Source: Phycisphaerae bacterium (GTDB lineage: Bacteria; Planctomycetota; Phycisphaerae; UBA1845). From it: a DNA stretch of 64,000 nucleotides. Under the pieces are notes generated by a model. That model did not search any database and had not been told where the DNA came from. It was given only the letters and a program-made list of their open reading frames with translations. Positions 59,171-64,000 of the stretch are shown here, piece by piece. How positions within the stretch are numbered: position 1 is the stretch's first letter; every line of letters begins with the position of its first letter. A program made the position numbers and the translations under genes. Where the stretch lies: the NCBI GenBank assembly GCA_963666835.2, contig CAXXGO010000001.1:1376001-1440000 (forward strand). The letters are read 5' to 3'.

Positions 59171-60028
59171 TTACTCGAAGTTCGGTGACCGCCCCCAGTG
59201 GAGCTTGGTTACCAGGTTATTCCACTTGGCGTACAGGGGGTTGTGGACGAGGAGGTAGTCAGTACTGAAACGCTTCACCGTGATGCGATCGCCCTGGACG
59301 AGGGGGAAAGTGACCTGCCCGTCGATAATTGCGCTGGTTCCTTCGTTTACCGCCGACGCCCGAATGTCGATGACGGTTTCCCGCTCGACCACCAGCGGCT
59401 TATGCGTGAGCGAATGCGGGTTGATCGGTGTCAGTACTATGGCATCTACTCCTGGTTGGAGTAGGGGGCCGCCGGCCGAGAGGTTGTGCGCCGTCGAGCC
59501 GGTGGGGGTACACACGAGCAACCCGTCCCCGCTCACCGTCGTGAACGGTTCGTTGTTGATCGATACTCCGAGCTTGATAATCCTAAAGGGCGGTCCGGCG
59601 TGGATCACGCAATCGTTGGTTGCCAGAGACGTCCCCCGCACCCGGTCGTTGCGCTGCACTGTTATGTGGAGCATTGTCCGGTGGGTAACTATGCGGTCGT
59701 CATTGACGGCTTGCCCGAAGACCCGCTTGAGTTCATCGACGGAAAACTCCGCGAGAAAACCGAGCTTGCCGACGTTTGCCCCGATCAAGGGGATCTGGTT
59801 AGATCCCAAAGAGCGGGCTACTCCGATGAGTGTGCCGTCACCGCCGAATACGATAATCCGGTCAGCCTGGGCCTTGATCGCGGCATATCCATCCAGGCCC
59901 AGCACCGAACCTACCAGCACACAGTACGGAGCGGCGAAGGCCTCGACATCGCGCAGGGCGGCTTCCGCCTCCGGCTTTTCCGGATTGGCCAGCAGAAAGA
60001 CCCGACGCGTCGACATCGTCTCCGGCAC
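59171..60028 (-). CDS. nadK: NAD+ kinase
   Basis: GGDGT, NVGKLGFL, ND, GDG and TPTGSTAHNLSAGGP. Confidence 0.95.
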   Translation of the reverse strand: MPETMSTRRVFLLANPEKPEAEAALRDVEAFAAPYCVLVGSVLGLDGYAAIKAQADRIIVFGGDGTLIGVARSLGSNQIPLIGANVGKLGFLAEFSVDELKRVFGQAVNDDRIVTHRTMLHITVQRNDRVRGTSLATNDCVIHAGPPFRIIKLGVSINNEPFTTVSGDGLLVCTPTGSTAHNLSAGGPLLQPGVDAIVLTPINPHSLTHKPLVVERETVIDIRASAVNEGTSAIIDGQVTFPLVQGDRITVKRFSTDYLLVHNPLYAKWNNLVTKLHWGRSPNFE

Positions 60029-60262
60029 TAAGCGTTCTCCTGTGAGGTCTCCTCACCGGCAACTCGGACGGGAGTGATCCTCCGTCCGGACGCAACCGCG
60101 ATTCTCTGCTCGTGATTCGCGGATTCCGGTTTCGCAACTCGACGTGCCATGATACCTACTCCGCGGATCGCCTGCGACGCGCAATCTTCTGTGGTCTCAC
60201 TCACGTTCGACTGCGAACCGGACGCTTCGGCTCCCACTATGTGCCCGATGGAATAAGTGCTG

Positions 60263-62194
60263 CTAACGACGGGACGGCACTTTCGACGCCGCAGAGGCGA
60301 TTCGCTGCGGTTCCGGTCGATCCTCGCCTTCGACCAGCCGGAGGATCGTGGATGCAATGCTGGTGGCATCGATGCCGCATTCCGCCATCTGAAACGGGCG
60401 CGAACCGTGGGAGACGAACCGATCCCCCGGCATTCCCATCCGGACCATGCGCTTGACCGTCAACTTCATCTCCTGAGCGGTTTCCAGAACGGCGGAACCG
60501 AATCCGCCGGCTACCGAATGGTCTTCGATGGTTATCACCGGATTACCCGATTCGAACGCAGTGGCGATCATCTCCCGGTCGATCGGCTTGGCGAAGCGGG
60601 CCGCGACCACCGCAACGTCGATCCCACTTTCGGTCAACATCTCGGCTGCCGTCAGCGCCGTGGCGGCCGTGACCCCATAAGTCAGGATTGTGGCAGCATC
60701 ACCGTCGCGCAGCCTGCGCGACTTGCCCAGCTCGAACGGCGGGCAGTCCGGGATGGGCGCCGGGACCGTATCGCGCGGATAACGGATGGCGCACGGCTCG
60801 CTCAGGGTGAATCCCAAGCGCATGGCCTCGCGCAATTCAACTTCATCGGCCGGCGCCATAAGCACCATGCCCGGCAGGCCGCGTAGGAATGCGATGTCCA
60901 GGAATCCGTGGTGGACTGCTCCGTCTCCGCCTACCAAACCGGCGCGGTCGAGGCAGAACATCACCGGTAGTCTCTGAAGAGAGGCTTCCTGGAAGATCTG
61001 GTCGAAGGCCCGTTGCAGGAATGTGGAGTAAATTGCGACGACCGGACGCAGACCGGCCTTGCACATGCCGGCCGCCATATCGACCGTGCAGCTTTCGGCT
61101 ATGCCGGCATCGCGGCACCTGCCGGGGAAGCGCTTCGCGAATTGGTCCAGTCCGGTACCGTCGGGCATCGCCGCCGTTAACGCGCAGATGCGTTCGTCTT
61201 CCTCGGCCAGCTCGCAGAGCGACTCCACGAAGGCGCTCGTCCAGCTCTTTCCCTTGCCCCGCTTGAGCGTGACCTTGCCGCTTTCAACCACGAACGGTTT
61301 GGGGCTGTGGTACTTGCCCGGCTCTGCCGTCGCCCAGTCACAGCCGTTCCCCTTTACCGTATGCACGTGCAGCAGGACCGGGTGATGGGCCTTCTTGACC
61401 AGTTCCAGCGCCTCGATGAGCTGCCGGATGTTGTGCCCGTCGACCGGCCCGATGTACTGCAACCCCATCGCCTCAAACACCTGCCCCGGCGAAAACGTGG
61501 CCTTGATTCCCTCCTTCAGGTGGGCAATCAAGTCGAAGGCCGGCTTGCCCAACAGCGGCAATCGCGGCAGGACCTTCTTGGTCTGCTCTTTGACCTCTTC
61601 GTAAAAGTCGCTCGCCCGGAACTTGGCCAAGTACTCGGCGATCGCCCCCTGCGTGGGAGAAATACCCCACTCGTTATCGTTGAGGACCACCAGGAACTGT
61701 CGTTTCAGAGTGCCCGCCTGGTTCAATCCCTCGAATGACACGCCGTTGACGATGCTGGCGTCTCCGACCAGTGCCACGGTGCAGCAATCTCGCCCGAGCA
61801 TTTGATCCGCGCTGGCCATCCCCACGGCCGTGGCAATGGCGGTGCCCGCGTGACCGACGTTGAACAGGTCGAAGCCGCTCTCGGCGGTGTCGGGGAACCC
61901 GCTCACGCCGCCCGACTGGCGAAGCGTCTCAAAGTGGCGATTGCGACCGGTCAGCAGCTTGTGCGGGTAGCACTGGTGCCCCACATCCCAGAGAAGGCGG
62001 TCCTTCCGGAAATCGAAGACCCGGTGCAGGGCGATGGTCAACTCCGTTATGCCCAAATTGCTGGTCAAATGCCCGCCGTTGTGCCCGACGACATCGAGGA
62101 TGCGTTGGCGAATCTCCTCGGCCAGCAGCGGAAGCCGGTCGATCGGCAGCTTTCGAAGATCCGTTGGGGATTCGATCTGATCCAGAATGGCCAT
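60263..62194 (-). CDS. dxs: 1-deoxy-D-xylulose-5-phosphate synthase
   Basis: GGHLTSNLG, WDVGHQCYPHK, GDA..LNDN, YSTFLQRAFDQ, DRAGLVGGDG and IRYPR. Confidence 0.96.
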   Translation of the reverse strand: MAILDQIESPTDLRKLPIDRLPLLAEEIRQRILDVVGHNGGHLTSNLGITELTIALHRVFDFRKDRLLWDVGHQCYPHKLLTGRNRHFETLRQSGGVSGFPDTAESGFDLFNVGHAGTAIATAVGMASADQMLGRDCCTVALVGDASIVNGVSFEGLNQAGTLKRQFLVVLNDNEWGISPTQGAIAEYLAKFRASDFYEEVKEQTKKVLPRLPLLGKPAFDLIAHLKEGIKATFSPGQVFEAMGLQYIGPVDGHNIRQLIEALELVKKAHHPVLLHVHTVKGNGCDWATAEPGKYHSPKPFVVESGKVTLKRGKGKSWTSAFVESLCELAEEDERICALTAAMPDGTGLDQFAKRFPGRCRDAGIAESCTVDMAAGMCKAGLRPVVAIYSTFLQRAFDQIFQEASLQRLPVMFCLDRAGLVGGDGAVHHGFLDIAFLRGLPGMVLMAPADEVELREAMRLGFTLSEPCAIRYPRDTVPAPIPDCPPFELGKSRRLRDGDAATILTYGVTAATALTAAEMLTESGIDVAVVAARFAKPIDREMIATAFESGNPVITIEDHSVAGGFGSAVLETAQEMKLTVKRMVRMGMPGDRFVSHGSRPFQMAECGIDATSIASTILRLVEGEDRPEPQRIASAASKVPSRR

Positions 62195-62277
62195 CAACAG
62201 CACTTTCTTTGCGACTCGAGCTCAACTGCCAGCGGGGGATTCTACCACGTCATGAGCGCTTCGATGTTTAGGAAATT

Positions 62278-63207
62278 TCAATAATGTCGAGAAACAACGT
62301 ATTCTGCCAGCTCACGAAGATCGTTCGCTTCAACTCCTAGACGTTCCAATGCGGCTATTGCCGCTTCGGAGGCCTGATTGGCTGCGGCCCGACTCTCTTC
62401 ACATCCTACGCATCGAGGATAGGTTTGTTTATTGGATTCTGCGTCCTTACACACGTTCTTACCCAGCACATCCGGTGTCGAGGTCAGGTCCAATAAATCA
62501 TCGGCAATCTGGAAGGCCCGCCCCAGGGCTTGTCCGAAGTCCGATACGCATGACAATGTCTTAGAATCAGCACAGCCCGCCAGGGCTCCCAGACGGCACG
62601 CGGAGCGAAACAGGCTGGCCGTCTTCCGTTCATGGATGTATTTCGCCAGTTCCACACTCGCCGGCCGCGACTCCCCGGTGACATCCGCGGTTTGGCCGCC
62701 GATCATCCCCGCCCAACCCGCTCCGCTCGCCAGCTCCAGCACGAGATCGGCCGCCAGAGCCCGATCGGGCGTGTGGCGGGTGAGCAACTCGAACGCCAAC
62801 GTCACCAACGCATCTCCGGCGAGGATTGCCACCGCTTCGCCGAAGACCTTATGGCATGTTGGTCGTCCGCGGCGGAGGTCGTCATCATCCATCGCCGGCA
62901 GATCGTCGTGGATCAGACTGAAGGCATGTACGCATTCTATGGCCGCCGCCGCCGGCAAGGCCTTGTTCCGGTCACCACCTGCCAGCTCGCAACAGCGCGT
63001 AACCAGATAAGGCCGCAGACGCTTCCCTGGAGCCAGCGCACAATGACGCATCGCATCTACCAACTCCTGCGGCACATCACCGGTCGGAGTGAGAAACGGT
63101 TCGAACTGGCGGTCAAACCGGGCCGCGAAGTCCGTAAGTCGGTCCAGAATGCGGGCACCGGATTCACTCCCGCGTCCGCTGAGGTTTTTCGTGTCGGAGT
63201 CGTTCAT
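62278..63207 (-). CDS. ispA: Farnesyl/geranylgeranyl diphosphate synthase
   Basis: GKRLRP, SLIHDDLPAMDDDDLRRG, AGDAL, KT, FQIADDLLD and GK..KD..KQTY. Confidence 0.93.
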   Translation of the reverse strand: MNDSDTKNLSGRGSESGARILDRLTDFAARFDRQFEPFLTPTGDVPQELVDAMRHCALAPGKRLRPYLVTRCCELAGGDRNKALPAAAAIECVHAFSLIHDDLPAMDDDDLRRGRPTCHKVFGEAVAILAGDALVTLAFELLTRHTPDRALAADLVLELASGAGWAGMIGGQTADVTGESRPASVELAKYIHERKTASLFRSACRLGALAGCADSKTLSCVSDFGQALGRAFQIADDLLDLTSTPDVLGKNVCKDAESNKQTYPRCVGCEESRAAANQASEAAIAALERLGVEANDLRELAEYVVSRHY

Positions 63208-63337
63208 TGCCGGAACCTGCATGGAAAACCGAGGAATCTGACGTTTCATCCAAGTTCGCTGGGAGTATACCGGTCGGTTACGCGCTGAACAGGCCACGCC
63301 CGGATCTGAGGGCCTACGATTGTCGAAGCACGTCGGG

Positions 63338-64000
63338 CTACTTGATCCAGTCGGAGGCCGGAGGCGGGGTGTTGGGGCTTGCGCGCTCTCGGTCTGTGAT
63401 GAAGAACGGTTTGTTCGCCCAACTGATCGGAGTCGGCCAGACGACGCGACCGGCGCGCTCTACAACGCCCTCTCCGGTTTCAATCTCATCGGTTATGGGT
63501 CGGCCCTTCGCCGCGAGCAATGGCGGGTTCAAGTCGGTCGGGTACAGCAGGATTGCTGCTTCGCTCCAGTCGTCCTCGGTGAACTCGGCCGATGACGAGA
63601 AGAGCCTCATATCGATGGAGGCGAAGTCCATCGGTGGGCAGCAGTAAGGGGCCGGCTCACCCAATACGCCGACCCGCGTTGTCGGGTGAGCGGATGGGAT
63701 GCCTTCGGCCGTTAATCCGCCCGAGATTGCGGGAGATGCCCCGAGTCCGTCTGACGGCCGCTCGTTCCCACCCAACAACTGGGCGGGTATGGTGTTGCCC
63801 CGAAAGACCCTCGCCAACTCGGCGCGAGTTCCGCGCGACGTTGCGTCCAAGTGGAAGTTCCAGACGTACGGGGCGCCGAAACACGCCGTTGATATCACTA
63901 CCCACACCGCGGGGGTCGCCCGCAGGGCCGGCGCGAGTTTCGTGCCCCAGCCGGCCAGCACGCATGCTGCTCCGATCGCGAGAGCGGCGTCCGGGAAGAC
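63338..64000 (-). CDS. Hypothetical membrane-associated protein (5'-partial)
   Basis: The frame stays open to the window end; hydrophobic segments are followed by a soluble region. Confidence 0.5.
   Translation of the reverse strand, partial: VFPDAALAIGAACVLAGWGTKLAPALRATPAVWVVISTACFGAPYVWNFHLDATSRGTRAELARVFRGNTIPAQLLGGNERPSDGLGASPAISGGLTAEGIPSAHPTTRVGVLGEPAPYCCPPMDFASIDMRLFSSSAEFTEDDWSEAAILLYPTDLNPPLLAAKGRPITDEIETGEGVVERAGRVVWPTPISWANKPFFITDRERASPNTPPPASDWIK

Overview
High-GC bacterial chromosome segment, most likely Planctomycetota/Phycisphaerae. This is inferred from the kinase-TPR gene, FGE-domain proteins with IPTL-CTERM or dockerin-like tails, DCNxNGxPDECD repeats and a C-terminal CxxCGY..CPECG membrane protein. 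Housekeeping genes include tRNA-Ser(GCT), a THUMP methyltransferase, cheV, trpD, mnmE, oleA/oleB, addA-like helicase, putA, nadK, dxs and ispA. They are mixed with many secreted proteins or lipoproteins: C10 and S9 peptidases, SGNH hydrolase, EEP-family enzyme, two matrixin-like proteases, and TSP3-, Ig-, Cys-rich- and Sel1-repeat proteins. The most striking structure is an ~11.5 kb block (27.3-38.7 kb) headed by a REP-associated tyrosine transposase (RAYT). In it, 12 copies of one GTAG-REP family separate or bracket accessory genes. The block also holds two duplicated fragments of the RAYT gene and a 152-bp inverted repeat around a 6.85-kb lipoprotein pair. Other notable items: an integrase-less 3.25-kb islet bounded by a 63-bp direct repeat at the tRNA-Ser 3' end, a four-copy structured repeat with compensatory base changes, a probable 6S RNA and an unannotated 28-aa membrane peptide. 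All calls come from reading motifs by eye; no database searches were run.
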